A DNA stretch of 62,416 bases from Octopus sinensis (GCF_006345805.1 NW_021832006.1:1-62416), one strand, 5' to 3'; numbered from the stretch's first letter, positions 39,821 to 52,632 are shown. Notes: generated by a model from the letters alone, not told the origin. A program made the numbers and translations.

Positions 39821-40509
39821 TACTTATATTAAGGGCATTACTATACATAAATGGCTCATGCTAGAGGGAACTCTTACAGTCAAAACTACCATAATAAATA
39901 AACACTTTGTACCGAACTTGAGGGAATGCAATTCTCGAAGCACGAATTTTAAAAACAGAATTCAGCTGCATATTATATGATTTCATAATTAGTGCACAAA
40001 ATGCACTTTTTAATCATCAGTGCAAGCATAATTCAAGACACATAAAAATGAACAAAAAATCAACATACCATACGAACACCAAATGTATCAAGCATAATAC
40101 ATAGAATTGTTCACCCTTATATATCTATGTTGAAGGCAGGCTTTTCAAATAGCATCGTGGTACATGTGTTTATGCAGAATAAAATTCAGCACTGAATATA
40201 TTTCGGTTAAATTTACAATTTAAAAATAGGATAAAATCTTTATAAGAATTTATCAAGTAGTTAGTGTGAAAAACCTCATAAGGAAAAAATCCATCAATTA
40301 TTTCTCTTAAATATATTTACTTATATTAAGGGCATTACTATACATAAATGCCTCAGAGTCCCTCCTAGCATGAGGCATTTATGTATAGTAATGCTCTTAA
40401 TATAAGTAAATATATTTAAGAGGAATAATTGATGGATTTTTCCCTTATGAGGTTTTTCACGCTAACTACTTGATAAATTCTTAAAAAGATTTTATCCTAT
40501 TTTTAAATT
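39821..40509. mobile_element. HHR element with 139-bp-arm terminal fold-back
   Basis: Arms 40217-40355/40371-40509, third partial copy at 39821-39873, minus-strand HHR-like motif at 39967-40024. Confidence 0.7.
39967..40024 (-). ncRNA. Hammerhead-like motif, imperfect stem II base
   Basis: TGCA CTGATGA tta aaaa GTGCA..TGCAC taa ttat GAAA TCATATAA TA TGCA. Confidence 0.4.
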
Positions 40510-40964
40510 ATACCTGTATATATATATGTGTGTGTGTGTGTGGTATATATATACATATATATGTGTATATATATATATATATATAAATATATATATGTAT
40601 ACATATATATATATGTATACATATATATATATGTATATATATATAGATGTATATATATATGTATATATATATATATGTATATATATGCATATATGTATAT
40701 ATATATCTATGTATATATGTATATATATATGTATAATATATTTGATTTTTCCAGTTTCAGCTCATGAGCTGTGGCCATACTGGGGCACGTATATATATAT
40801 ATATGTATATATATGTATATATATGTATATATGTATATATATATATGTATATATATATATATGTGTGTGTATATATATATATGTATATATATATGTGTAA
40901 GTATATATGTGTATATATATATATGTGTGTATATATATTCGTATACATATATATGTATATGTAT

Positions 40965-41410
40965 ATCATCATCATCAGCAGCAGCATTTAATGTTTGTTT
41001 TCCATGCTGGCATAGCTTGGAGGGTTTGACAGGTGCTGATCATCTCAGGGTTGCCCGGGCCCCATGTCAGTCTTGGCATTGTTTCTATGGTTTGATGTCC
41101 TTCCTAATACCAACCACTTTACAGAGTGTTCTGGATGCTTCTACACAGCACCAGCATAGGTGCTTTTACCCGACATCGGCACAGGTGCTTGCTATGTGGC
41201 ACGAGTACCCATGAGCCTACAAGATTAGGGTCGTTCAGCTGAAGAGAGATGTAGGGGATATGCCTGTATGCCAGGGCAACCACGATTTTACTATGGTCCC
41301 TTGTCATCCTCTCTGTGAGGCTTGGCGTCTGTAGATCCTTTCTCACCACTTCGTCCCACACCTTCCTGGGTCTGCTCCTTCCAAAACGTTCCCTCCACAA
41401 TTTAGAGACA
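40965..41410 (-). mobile_element. Old RTE LINE 3' end
   Basis: GRSRPRKVWDEVVRKDL...MTRD. Confidence 0.7.
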
Positions 41411-41495
41411 AGTACTTTTTTTAGACTGCTACTACTAATGCTGCTGCTGCTGCTACTACTACTACTACTACTACTACTACTGTTTCTAATGCTGC

Positions 41496-42047
41496 TTGTT
41501 TGTTTGGTGAGCGAAGCAGTTTTCGTCCCAGAGCTCACAAAATCCCGCCTCTTTTGTGGGACAAGTCCGAAACGTGGTCCTTTGCTATTTGTAAGACCCG
41601 CAGAAGAGAAAGCAGGTCAACCCCCGACACCGAGAGCATCGACGGATGGATGAATGTGCATCCAGGCTCAGCGGTTGCGTAGAAAGTCGGGGACAAGAAG
41701 CAGGAGTGAGAGAAAGTTGGAGCGAAAGAGTACAACAGGGGTCGCCACCACCCCCTACCGGAGCCTCGTGGAGCTTTAGGTGTTTTCGCTCAACACACAA
41801 TGCCCAGTCTGGGAATCGAAACCGCGATCGTCCGACCGTGAGTCTGCTGCCCTAACCATTGGACCATTGCGCCTCCACTTGATGCTGGAGCGAAAGAGTA
41901 CAACAGGGGTCACCACCACCCCCTGCCGGAGCCTCGTGGAGCTTTAGGTGTTTTCGCTCAACACACAATGCCCAGTCTGGGAATCAAGACTGCGATCCTT
42001 CAACCGCGAGTTCGCTGCCCTAACCACTGGGCCATTGCGCCTCCACT
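41496..42047 (-). mobile_element. SINE family C with duplicated head (41885-42047) and a third tail type
   Basis: Head and middle match 60606-60780. Confidence 0.75.
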
Positions 42048-42539
42048 GCTATTGCTGATGTTGCTCATTGCTTCTTGGCATTGGGTTTCAATTAGATGAA
42101 AGAAATTTGAATGAAAGAGAAAAGAGAATGAAGATGGAGATTGTATGAAGAAGTAGGCTGGATTATGATACTCCCAATGCCAGGTCTAGTGACTTTGCAG
42201 TTCAGCAATAAGAGAACAATACAATAAGTACTTATTCTATTAGTAGTAGCAGCAGTAGTAGTAGTAGTAACTGAATTTGTAAGTAGTATAAGTTGTAGTA
42301 GGTATAGTTGTAGAAGTAGTAGTAGTAGTAATAGTAGCAGTAGTAGCAATACTAGTAGCTGCAGTAGTGCGTAGTAGAAATTGTAGTAGAAAGTGAAAAA
42401 TTAGTTGTGGCTGTAGTGGTGGTGGTAGTAGCAGTAGTAATAGTAGAAGTAGTAGTAGTAGTAGGAGGAGAAATAGTAGTAGTAGTAGTAGTAGAAGTAA
42501 GGTAGTTGTAATATAGAGCTTCAGCCATACTAGTAGTTC

Positions 42540-42698
42540 TGTTGCAGTAGTAGCAGAAGTAGTAGTAGTAGAAGTAATAACATCTTCATTAGTAGTAGTA
42601 GTAGTAGTAGCATCTGCATTAGTAGTAGCAGTAGTAGTAGTAGTAGTAGTAATAGCATCCGCATTGGTAGTAGTAGTAGCATCTGCATTAGTAGTAGC

Positions 42699-42732
<34 letters not shown>

Positions 42733-42775
42733 ATAGCATCTGCATTAGTAGTAGTAGTAGTAGTAGCATCTGCAT

Positions 42776-42807
<32 letters not shown>

Positions 42808-42854
42808 ATAGCATCCGCATTGGTAGTAGTAGTAGCATCTGCATTAGTAGTAGC

Positions 42855-42888
<34 letters not shown>

Positions 42889-43065
42889 ATAGCATCTGCA
42901 TTAGTAGTAGTAGTAGTAGTAGTAGCAGCATCTGCATTAGTAGTAGTAGTAGTAGTAGTAGTAGTAATAGCATCTGCATTAGTAGTAGTAGTAGTAGTAG
43001 CAGTAGTAGTAGTAGTATCTGCATTAGTAGTAGTAGTAGTAGTAGTAGAGTAATAGCATCTGCAT

Positions 43066-43098
<33 letters not shown>

Positions 43099-43110
43099 CA
43101 GCATCTGCAT

Positions 43111-43142
<32 letters not shown>

Positions 43143-43217
43143 ATAGCATCTGCATTAGTAGTAGTAGTAGTAGTAGCAGTAGTAGTAGTAGTATCTGCAT
43201 TAGTAGTAGTAGTAGTA
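42540..43217. repeat. (TAG)n array punctuated by gcatctgcat
   Basis: Direct reading. Confidence 0.9.
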
Positions 43218-43715
43218 GTGCTATGTATTATATCTGCTCACCCTATACAAAGTCCTTCTGTTTATCTGTCCCCTTTTCAGTGTTCTTATGGGATGGATAA
43301 AAAACAAAAAATCATTTTCATAGCATTTTTCGTTCTTTTTCTTTTCCTTTTTTTTTTAATTTTTTACAAAATTCCCTTCGTTATTCTAGACCCCCACCCC
43401 ACCCCACCCATCCCCTAACGTGGCTGGCTGTTCTTGGTCATACTTCATAGTTTTCTGTGGTGTCTAACGACTGTGTGTAACCACTATTAATTAATCTTTT
43501 TGGTGATATTTATGTATGCTTAACTTCACACACGGCTGAATGTGTGTGAATACTAGAGGACATTTTTAAATGACCTTTTTGGTGTAAAAGATATTTTATG
43601 ATTGATTGCCTATATGTGTGTATCTGTGTGTGTGAGTGTGTGTGTGTACCGCCTGTGTACCGTTGGCGATTTTTTTTCCTTTGTCTTCCCTTCTTTGGAT
43701 TTTTCCTTTTCCTAT

Positions 43716-43750
43716 GTTTCTGACGAAGAGCTCTGCTCGAAACGTAAAGC
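43716..43750 (+). ncRNA. Minimal type I hammerhead with intact canonical core
   Basis: GTTT CTGACGA A GAGC tct GCTC GAAA CG TA AAGC. Predicted cut after 43746. Confidence 0.75.
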
Positions 43751-43972
43751 CCTCCTTCTTCCCTTCCTTCCTGAGCGTCCAATAATACTATATTTGTTCC
43801 ACATCCTCGCGTTGTTGTGTTTTCATGTTTGGATTAACTTTATATATATATATATATATAGAAATTCGGGGTGAGTACTTGATAATTATAAGCACCTGTG
43901 TATACCGTTTGGTGGTGTAGGTGGTGGAGTAAATTGATCAAAATAAAATAAAAACATGATGCGAAGGATTCA

Positions 43973-44051
43973 GCGGTACATATGTTTCGGGCCTTTATTA
44001 GACAGATTTATAACAATGCATAATGTATGGTCTGTGGCATTCTTCAGCCGC
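43973..44051 (-). ncRNA. Type I hammerhead, canonical core, mismatched stem II base
   Basis: GCGG CTGAAGA at GCC acaga...tctgt...GGC cc GAAA CATATG TA CCGC. Confidence 0.6.
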
Positions 44052-44979
44052 GCACCACAGCTTCCACAAGGACATGTGTTACATCAAAAATTCTTGGTTG
44101 GGGATGCAAATCCTCTCATTCACGTACGACATAATGCGGCAGCAGCATGAGTTGAAGCGTCCATCTCTTTTTCTCTCAATGTAGAATGAGGAAAATTGGA
44201 TGTTGAGGTAATGTAAATAAATAAATACATATATAGAGGTGAAGATGGAGGGGTGAGAGTTCGGACGAGGGATAACAAATGTATAAAAAGTGTAAGTATA
44301 GAATAATATAAAAATGTAGAGGATAAAGGGTTGTAAGTAGATGTAAAGGGGGTATAAAGAAATATAAAGTAAAAATAGAAATAGAAATAAAGTAAAAAAA
44401 AACCTGATAAAAACATGATAAAAATGTAAAGAATGTAAAGATAAGGATGTATAGAGGTTATGGACCAAGCATGGTGGTCAGGAGATTGATAAAATTTAGT
44501 TGTAGAATTGTCAGTACATCAACAGTTTCGTCTGGGGACTTAATGCGTTGTAAATCAGAGCTGATGAGCATTTAATCTGGTTCCTTGAATTAATGGACTC
44601 TAGTACATACATATCATCATGGATATATACACCCACATACACGCGTACATATACGCCTCCAAGCCTATAAGCATACACACGCACTCGCGTGTAAACACGT
44701 ACATAAAACACACCGCACCCACATGCACGCGCGTACACACACATACATACAACAGAATATCCGCATATATACACGGACATTACGCGCGTACACGCTCACA
44801 TGTATATACGCGCGCCCATCACTCCATACACACATGTATATGCCCACGCCTCTAGGTCCAGGTATAAGATATTAGGTCCAGGTATAAGATATATATATAT
44901 ATATGTTTTCCCTACACTTTATGTGCATGTGTGTGTTTGTACATGTGTGTATATATACATATATACGTACATGCATACA

Positions 44980-45021
<42 letters not shown>

Positions 45022-45034
45022 CACACACACACAT

Positions 45035-45900
45035 AGAGGATGCATAAAATATTTGAGGGCAGATTTATGTTTATTAAGAAAAAACAGATATATAATAACA
45101 GATAATAACTTTATTTATCAAAAAATGCTATGAGGATAAAAATAAACCTTCTTTTCTATAATGTCATTCAATGAAGCCACCTTCAGCTTCAACAACTGCT
45201 TCTATATGAGATCTAAATCCCCTACATGCTCAAAGCAAGTGGTCTTGGTTCATTTTGGACATTACTCTGAGTATGGTAGCATTCAAGGAATCTTTGGTGT
45301 TATGGGTGTGTTCATTGAACTCTCTTTCAACAGCGCACCACATGTAATAGTCCAATGGATTGAGATCTGAGGAATTAGGAGGCCAAATGTTAGGGGTTAT
45401 GTGATCATGAAAATTTTCAACCATCCATTCCTGTGTTACTAGAGTCATACAGAAACACATATGGCCTTCCATTGCATACACTGTCTATCCAGGGCTTAAC
45501 AATTATTTTAAAGACTTCAATGTAGGTGGCAGAGTTAACTCTAAGGCCTTGTAGAAAGAAGTAAGGAGGCCTCACATGTCCTTTATTGCTGACAACCACT
45601 AAAACCATGACAGTTGCAGGAAATTTTGTATGCATAACACTTGGAACTTCTGTCATTTCTTCTCTTAACTTTTTGATCTTTGTGAGAGACTTTCTCGTTT
45701 GGGAAAATCCAAATCAAATCTTCTACTGAATTTTTCAGTTTGTTTAAGAACCTTTTTAGATCTGATGTAGTGATTTTCTTTTGCTTTTTCTGACAAATTA
45801 ACCTTTCCTTATCATATAAGACTTATTTATGATGTCTTCATGGACAACATTTCTGACTGTTCCTTCTGACACATGGAGATCTTTTGCAATTGACCTCATA
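45035..45900 (-). mobile_element. Decayed Tc1/mariner-superfamily transposon, maT/DD37D-like
   Basis: HTKFPATVMVLVVVS...KPWI...PYVF and WPPNSSDLNPLDYYMW, with frameshifts. Confidence 0.8.
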
Positions 45901-46118
45901 GACTTTCTGGGATTGCAATCAATGGTCTGTTGAATTTCTGCTTTCCATTTTGGCTTGGATGGATTGACAGGAGCCAGGAAGGTCTCAAATGACTGAAACC
46001 GGTACTGAAATGTTCTTTCAATGGTTTTTTTTTTTTATGGCTGGATGACCTTCCTAACTCTAATCCCCCTTCTGAGTGGACTGAGTACTTTTTATGTGAG
46101 ATGAGCGCAATATACATT

Positions 46119-46149
<31 letters not shown>

Positions 46150-46531
46150 CCCCACCAGCACCAACACCACTTGACAACCAGTGTTGGTATGTTTAGATCC
46201 CCTCAACTTAGCAGTTCAAGAAATAAGACTGATAGAATAAGTACCATGCTAAAGAGATAAGTATAGCTGGGTTCAATTTGTTCAACTAAAATCCTTCAGG
46301 GTGGTGTTCCAGCATGGCCATAGTCTCAACACTGGAACAAGTAAGAAATGAAAGAAATGAAAGATAACATAGATAAAAATCTATATACGACAGGCTTCTT
46401 TCAGTTTCCGTCTACCAAATCTACGCACAAGGATTTGGTAGGCTTGAAGCTACAGCAGAAGACATTTGCCCAAGGTGCCACGCAATAGGACTGAACCTGG
46501 AACCATACGGTCGGGATGCAAACTTCATATA

Positions 46532-46579
<48 letters not shown>

Positions 46580-46681
46580 CCTATCTATCTATCTATCTAT
46601 CTATCTAAGCTCTACCTTGTAATTTGTTCTATCTGTGTGCAGCCCTGTGTGGCTAATAAAGAAACATATCTATCTATCTAC

Positions 46682-46736
<55 letters not shown>

Positions 46737-46761
46737 CCTATCTATCTATCTATCTATCTAC

Positions 46762-46808
<47 letters not shown>

Positions 46809-46848
<40 letters not shown>

Positions 46849-47345
46849 TGTAGTTGTGTGAGTGTCTGTCCCCTTCGATTTAGATTCCTAACTACTCCCA
46901 CATTTTGCGGTGCAGTTTAACCAAATTCGGGTATCTTATAGTCGTGATTCATATCGAGCCCGTCTGAGTATTAGCACGCATCTACGATGAGTCTACGATT
47001 TTAAAAATAATTTAACATCATTTTTTATTCCATTTTAATGCATAATTTTTCGTGTGTCGATGGCAGCGGAGTTGGCGTCCATGGTCACACCTGCACCTGT
47101 TTGCTTCTCCCTCTTCTTCCCTCCCTCGTGAAGCTGTGGGGAAGGGAGTGTAAGGAAATCAACGTTGTAAAGCGTTGTCAAGGGGACCAGCATTCTTTTA
47201 GAACAATGACTTCATGGCTTGAAAACACCAAAACAGAAATGGCTAAGAAAACCCGAATTGGCATCTATAAGGGAAGTAACTCTCTAAAGATGCTTATATA
47301 GTTATTTCCCTTACAAACCCGAGCAACGCCAGGCGATACTGCTAG
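46809..47345 (+). mobile_element. Non-autonomous Helitron
   Basis: TC(TA)nAAA start, cccgagcaacgccagg hairpin, CTAG|T end. Relative at 57369-57956. Confidence 0.8.
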
Positions 47346-47357
47346 TATATATATATT

Positions 47358-47833
47358 AATAGTTATCGCCATATTAATATGGCAGTCTTATAAATATAAG
47401 ACTAAAGCTGTCGCTGATTAGCTCCAAGAGGCCACTGCCTCTAGCTAGCTATATGACACACAACCTGCGTCCATTATAACCTTCGAACAAGGGAGGTCAG
47501 CCACTTCATCCTGCCAGTCAGACAGCTACAGACGACGTTTCAGGGTTGTTGCCCCTTATCAATGCAGCGTAGTCAGACTTGCAGGTGTCGCTACTGATCG
47601 TCTCAGTTCGAAGGCTTTATTTACCTAGTTTCGGTGGAATACATCCACTTGTTTTCAATAATAGAAATATTAAAATTACTAAGTCTCTCTAAAAGAGATT
47701 ACGGCAGCATTACTGGAAATGAATAGTTATCGCCATACTAATATGGCAGTCTTATAAATATAAGACTAAAGCTGTCGCTGATTAGCTCCATGAGGCCATT
47801 GCCTTAAGCTAGCTATTTGACACAAACTGCGTC
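47358..47833 (-). mobile_element. Retrozyme-like element, 364-bp monomer present as about 1.3 copies
   Basis: Direct repeats 47358-47471/47722-47833, internal HHR, no ORF. Confidence 0.65.
47525..47568 (-). ncRNA. Type I hammerhead, U3-A8 variant
   Basis: GCTGCA TTGATAA GGGG caacaa CCCT GAAA C gtc G TC TGTAGC. Confidence 0.7.
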
Positions 47834-48765
47834 ATTTGGTCATGCAACCATTTATGCACCACTGCCTCCACATCTTCATCCATAGAAAATCGATGACCTC
47901 ATTAACCATCTTTGAGCAGTCCAAAGATTTGATAGTTGGAAGGGATGAGATCCGGGTTGTAGGCAGGGTATTCCAGCACCTCAAAACCCAATTGGTTAAT
48001 GGTATCAATGGTCTGGGCATCTGATGCAAATTGCTGGCTTCAGTTTGTGGGACAGCAAAGCCCTCAATCTTGCACTGTTGATCGTACACCTCTTTTCCAG
48101 GTGGTTTTCCAGTATGGTGGAAGCACTCCGTCGGTTACGACGATGAGGGTTCCGGTTGATCCGAATCAACAGAACAGCCTGCTCGTGAAATTAACGTGCA
48201 AGTGGCTGAGCATTTCACAGACACATGTACCCTTGACATAGTTCTCGGGGATATTCAGCGTGACGCAGAGAGTGACAAGGCCGGCCCTTTGAAATACAGG
48301 TACAACAGAAACAGGAAGTAAGAGTGAGAGAAAGTTGAGGTGAAAGAGTACAGCAGGGATCACCCCCCCCCCTGCAGGAGCCTCGTGGAGATATAGGTGT
48401 TTTCGCTCAATAAACACTCACAACGCCCGGTCTGGGAATCGAAACCACGATTCTATGACCGCGAGTCCGCTGCCCTAACCACTGGGCCATTGCTCCTCCA
48501 CTCCAGTATAGGCCCTTTTGAGTCTGAAAGAAGGGTTAGCCTCACCTTTCGCACAGAACACTGAGTCTTGAATTTCTTTGTCGCTGGCAAGCCAGGATGT
48601 TTCCATTCCATTCTCTGTCTTTTGGATTCTGCCTCATAATGATGGACCCATGTTTCATTTCTGTGACTATTCTGCTCGAAAATTCCTCACCCTCGTTGTC
48701 GTAGCGATTTAGTAAACTTTGGCAGACCTCAAATAGATTTGGTAAGATGAAAACTGAGAGGCTCA
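47834..48765 (-). mobile_element. Decayed mariner transposase interrupted by a SINE
   Basis: RIVT..ETWVHHYE...MEWKH (48525-48765) and LGFEVLEYPAYNPDL..S (47834-48060). Confidence 0.75.
48118..48501 (-). mobile_element. SINE family C head with Deu/Nin-like 3' module
   Basis: Head matches 60606. 3' module matches 38020-38200. Confidence 0.8.
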
Positions 48766-48991
48766 CATGTGTGTATATATGCATATATACCTACCTACCT
48801 ACCTACCTACCTACCTACATGCATGCATACATATATACATATACATATATACATGACCACTCCCCTAAGAACAATAGCTTGTGCCCTGTTTATCTCCTAA
48901 ATACCAACCTACCCAAAAAACGTCCCCCCTGCCACCACCACTCCATTAAATCTGCCTAAAGGCATAAATACCAGAACTTATTTTGACAGCC

Positions 48992-49042
48992 AGCTTCCTG
49001 AAGATTTCATCTGAATGAAACAGTTCTAGTCCTGTAGAAGCT
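48992..49042 (+). ncRNA. Type I hammerhead, canonical core, 3-bp stem III
   Basis: AGCTTC CTGAAGA t TTC atct GAA t GAAA CAG ttctagtc CTG TA GAAGCT. Confidence 0.65.
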
Positions 49043-49124
49043 CCTTCTATAAAATGAATTACTTTACTCTACTATGTATTGAGTACCTTATTTACAGTGG
49101 TTAACCCCGACTCAACCCGGAACC

Positions 49125-49170
<46 letters not shown>

Positions 49171-49220
49171 TATATACATATATAATATACATATATGTAC
49201 ATATATGTATGTATATATAG

Positions 49221-49263
<43 letters not shown>

Positions 49264-49571
49264 ATATATATAATAATATATATACCTATGTATATATATA
49301 TATATATATATTCATACATGCATATATATACATATGTATTATAGATATATATACATTATGCATATATATATACATATGTATATATATACATATATTGTAT
49401 ATATACATATATATATACACTCCTGCACACAAATAAAAGAGACACCTACAATATCATTAACACATACATCTCACTCCTCTCTCTCACTTTCTCTGTCATT
49501 TTCCTGCCCTTTTGGCTTCTGCGTGTATACACACACATCATATATATATGTATACACCTACCTACATACAA

Positions 49572-49630
<59 letters not shown>

Positions 49631-49713
49631 GTGTGTGTGTGTATACATATATGTATGTATGTGTGTATACACATTATATACACACAGAAGCCAAAAGGGA
49701 AGAGGAGTGAGAA

Positions 49714-49751
<38 letters not shown>

Positions 49752-50313
49752 TGAGATGTGTGTGTGTTGTTGATGTTGTAGGTATCTCTTTTATTTGTGT
49801 GCAGGTGTGTGAAGAAAGGTGAAGGGGTCCATGTTGAGCAATCTTGACCCCTATTAAGCCTTTTAAGGGCTTAACTGTTTCCATCATTTTATCCTTTGTT
49901 TGCAGATCCAGGGGATTTGCGACAATATCTGCAACAAATCTTGAAAATAAGATGAATATTTGTTTCAGCTCTTGAAGCAAACTTTGTTGTTGTTGTTATT
50001 GTTGTTGCCCACCACCAACACCACCACCACCACCACCACCACAACCACCACCACCACCAACACACTCACCCCTGAACTTGGTACCAACTTTAGTAGCAGA
50101 TTCTTGTCAATGTCGTCACTGAACTTCTACCTCCTCCTTTTTTTCTTCTCCTTTTCCTTCCCCTTCCTCTTCATCCTTCCTCTCCTCTCCTCCTCCTCCT
50201 CCTCCCTTCTTTTTCCTCCCTCCCCCCCCCCCTCCTCTTGCCATTAACATTGTCCTTGTAATTGTTTTTGCTGTTACCATTATTGCTAATCCTTCTACTA
50301 CTGTTGCAGTAAT

Positions 50314-50348
<35 letters not shown>

Positions 50349-50687
50349 TATCATCATCATTATCATTATCATTATTATTATTATCATTATCGTTATTATT
50401 ATTATTATTATCATCATTATCATTATTATCATTATTATCACTATTATTATCATTATTATTATCATCATCATTATTATTACTATTATTATTATCATTATTA
50501 TTATTATTATTATTATCATTATTATTATTATCATTATCGTTATTATTATTATTATTATCATCATTATCATTATTATCACTATTATTATCATTATTATTAT
50601 CATCATCATTATTATTACTATTATTATTATCATTATTATTATTATTATTATTATCATTATTATCATTATTATTATTATTATTATTAT

Positions 50688-50753
<66 letters not shown>

Positions 50754-51280
50754 TAGTAGTGACAATGATGGTGGCATTTAGTATTTAACGGCAGAGATTC
50801 TCTGAACCTACTAGACAGTAGATAAATATACAGCAAATCCTTTCTCTTCTAATGGTTCTGCCAAACGATAAGACTCTTTAATTACCATGATATTTAGGAA
50901 GATGCTTTGGAACACAACACTTGCTTTCTCTCTCCCCTATCACTCCTCTTTCTCCTTTCTCTTCCTCCTATCTCTCCTCTTTCTCCTTTCTCTTCTCCCT
51001 ATCGTCTCTCTTTCTCTCTCTCTATCTCTGCTATTGTTTGTCATTGTCATCATTTTCTTTATGTTTGCCTCCTCCATTTCTTAGTCAGTCCCCTTATTCC
51101 CTCCTTTATCTGAATTCTGTCCCTTTCTGACTTTTTACGATGTCTTCAACTCTCAGGCTCTCCCCTATTTTCAGTCGTTTATGACCCTTTCTGTCAATCT
51201 CTCCCTTTTGTCTTCTCTTTATATCTAACCCTTAACCCTTTCTCACTTCTGAAGTCTTTGTCCTTTTGTCTTCTGTGTCT

Positions 51281-51579
51281 ACTTTCTGTCGTCCCCTTCT
51301 GTTCAGTCTACAACTGGTTTTAGTCTCTCACCCTGTCCCCATGGTCTTCTGTTTACATCTAACTCTTAACCCCTTTTGTCTCCTTATACCTTCATCTAAT
51401 GATTTATCCCTTTGTCTTCTCCAGCTAACTTTCTGTCGTCCCCTTCTGTTCAGTCTACAACTGGTTTTAGTCTCTCACCCTGTCCCCATGGTCTTCTGTT
51501 TACATCTAACTCTTAACCCCTTTTGTCTCCTTATACCTTCATCTAATGATTTATCCCTTTGTCTTCTCCAGCTAACTTT
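51281..51579. repeat. Apparently exact 147-bp tandem duplication inside a degenerate pyrimidine minisatellite (about 51080-52250)
   Basis: Units start at 51281 and 51428. Confidence 0.85.
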
Positions 51580-52632
51580 TGTCCCTTTCTGTAAATCTGT
51601 CCCCTTATCTTTGGTCTAAATCTATTTTCTGTCCATTTCTGACTTCTGCTTGTCGACTTGTCCCTTTATTTTTAGTGTATATCTCATTCTTGTCCCTTTC
51701 TGACTTCTTGTGTCTTCATGTATCAATATGTACCCTATTTCTTGTCTATATCATGTTTCTGTCTCCTTTTATCATTCTGCTCCCTTGTCTTCTGTCTACA
51801 TCTTGGTTTTTCTATCCCTTTTTGGCTTGTTTGCATCTGTTAATCTGTCCCCTTGTCTTCTGCTTCCATGTAGGTTCTGTCCCTTTCAGTGAATCTGCCC
51901 CCTTGTCTTCTGTCTCCACCTCAATTTTTCATACCTCTTTTGGGCTCCTATATCTTTATTTATGAATCTGTTCCCATGTCTTCTGCCTCCATGTAGGTTC
52001 TGTCCCTTTCAGTGAATCTACCCCCTTGTCTTCTGTCTACATCTCAATTCTTCTATCCCTTTTTTGGGGGTGACTATATCTTCATCTGTCAATCAGTCTC
52101 CGAAGGTTCTTCCCCTTTCTCTGAATCTGCTTCCTTGTCTTCTGTCAACATTTCAGTTTTTCTATCCCTACATCTGTCAATCTGTCCTCTGGTCTTCTAT
52201 CTACATTTGAACTCTCTCTCCCCCTTTTCTTTTGTTTTATTTGCTGGCCCCTGACTCCCTTAATAGCCTACTTAAATATATATCAACGACTGAAGAAAAG
52301 ACATGAGCTGGAAGAAGATTTCAGTGGGAAGGCAATGCTGTGGAGGAAAATGACTGGTCGCAGTGGTTAATATAGGACCTGAGGAGGTGGGACACAGCAT
52401 GGCAGGGGTGGGGATGAAAGAAATAGAAACAAATGAGCTTGGAGTGTTTAAATGATGGGGGCACAAACCTGCCTGTTCTGAGGAACAGAGACCATTATAG
52501 TAAAGAAAGGAGACCAAATACTGACTTTGCCTTTCATCCTTTTGGGGTTGATAGATTAGGTACCAGTTATGCAGTGGGAAGGCAATGCAATTGACTAGCA
52601 CTCTCCCCCAAAATTTCAGACCTTGTGCTTAC

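Noticed and set aside
49805-49980. Protein-like frames (PGDLRQYLQQ on plus, LQELKQIFILFSRFVADIV on minus)
   Set aside because: Early stops on plus, no donor site and no recognisable homology.
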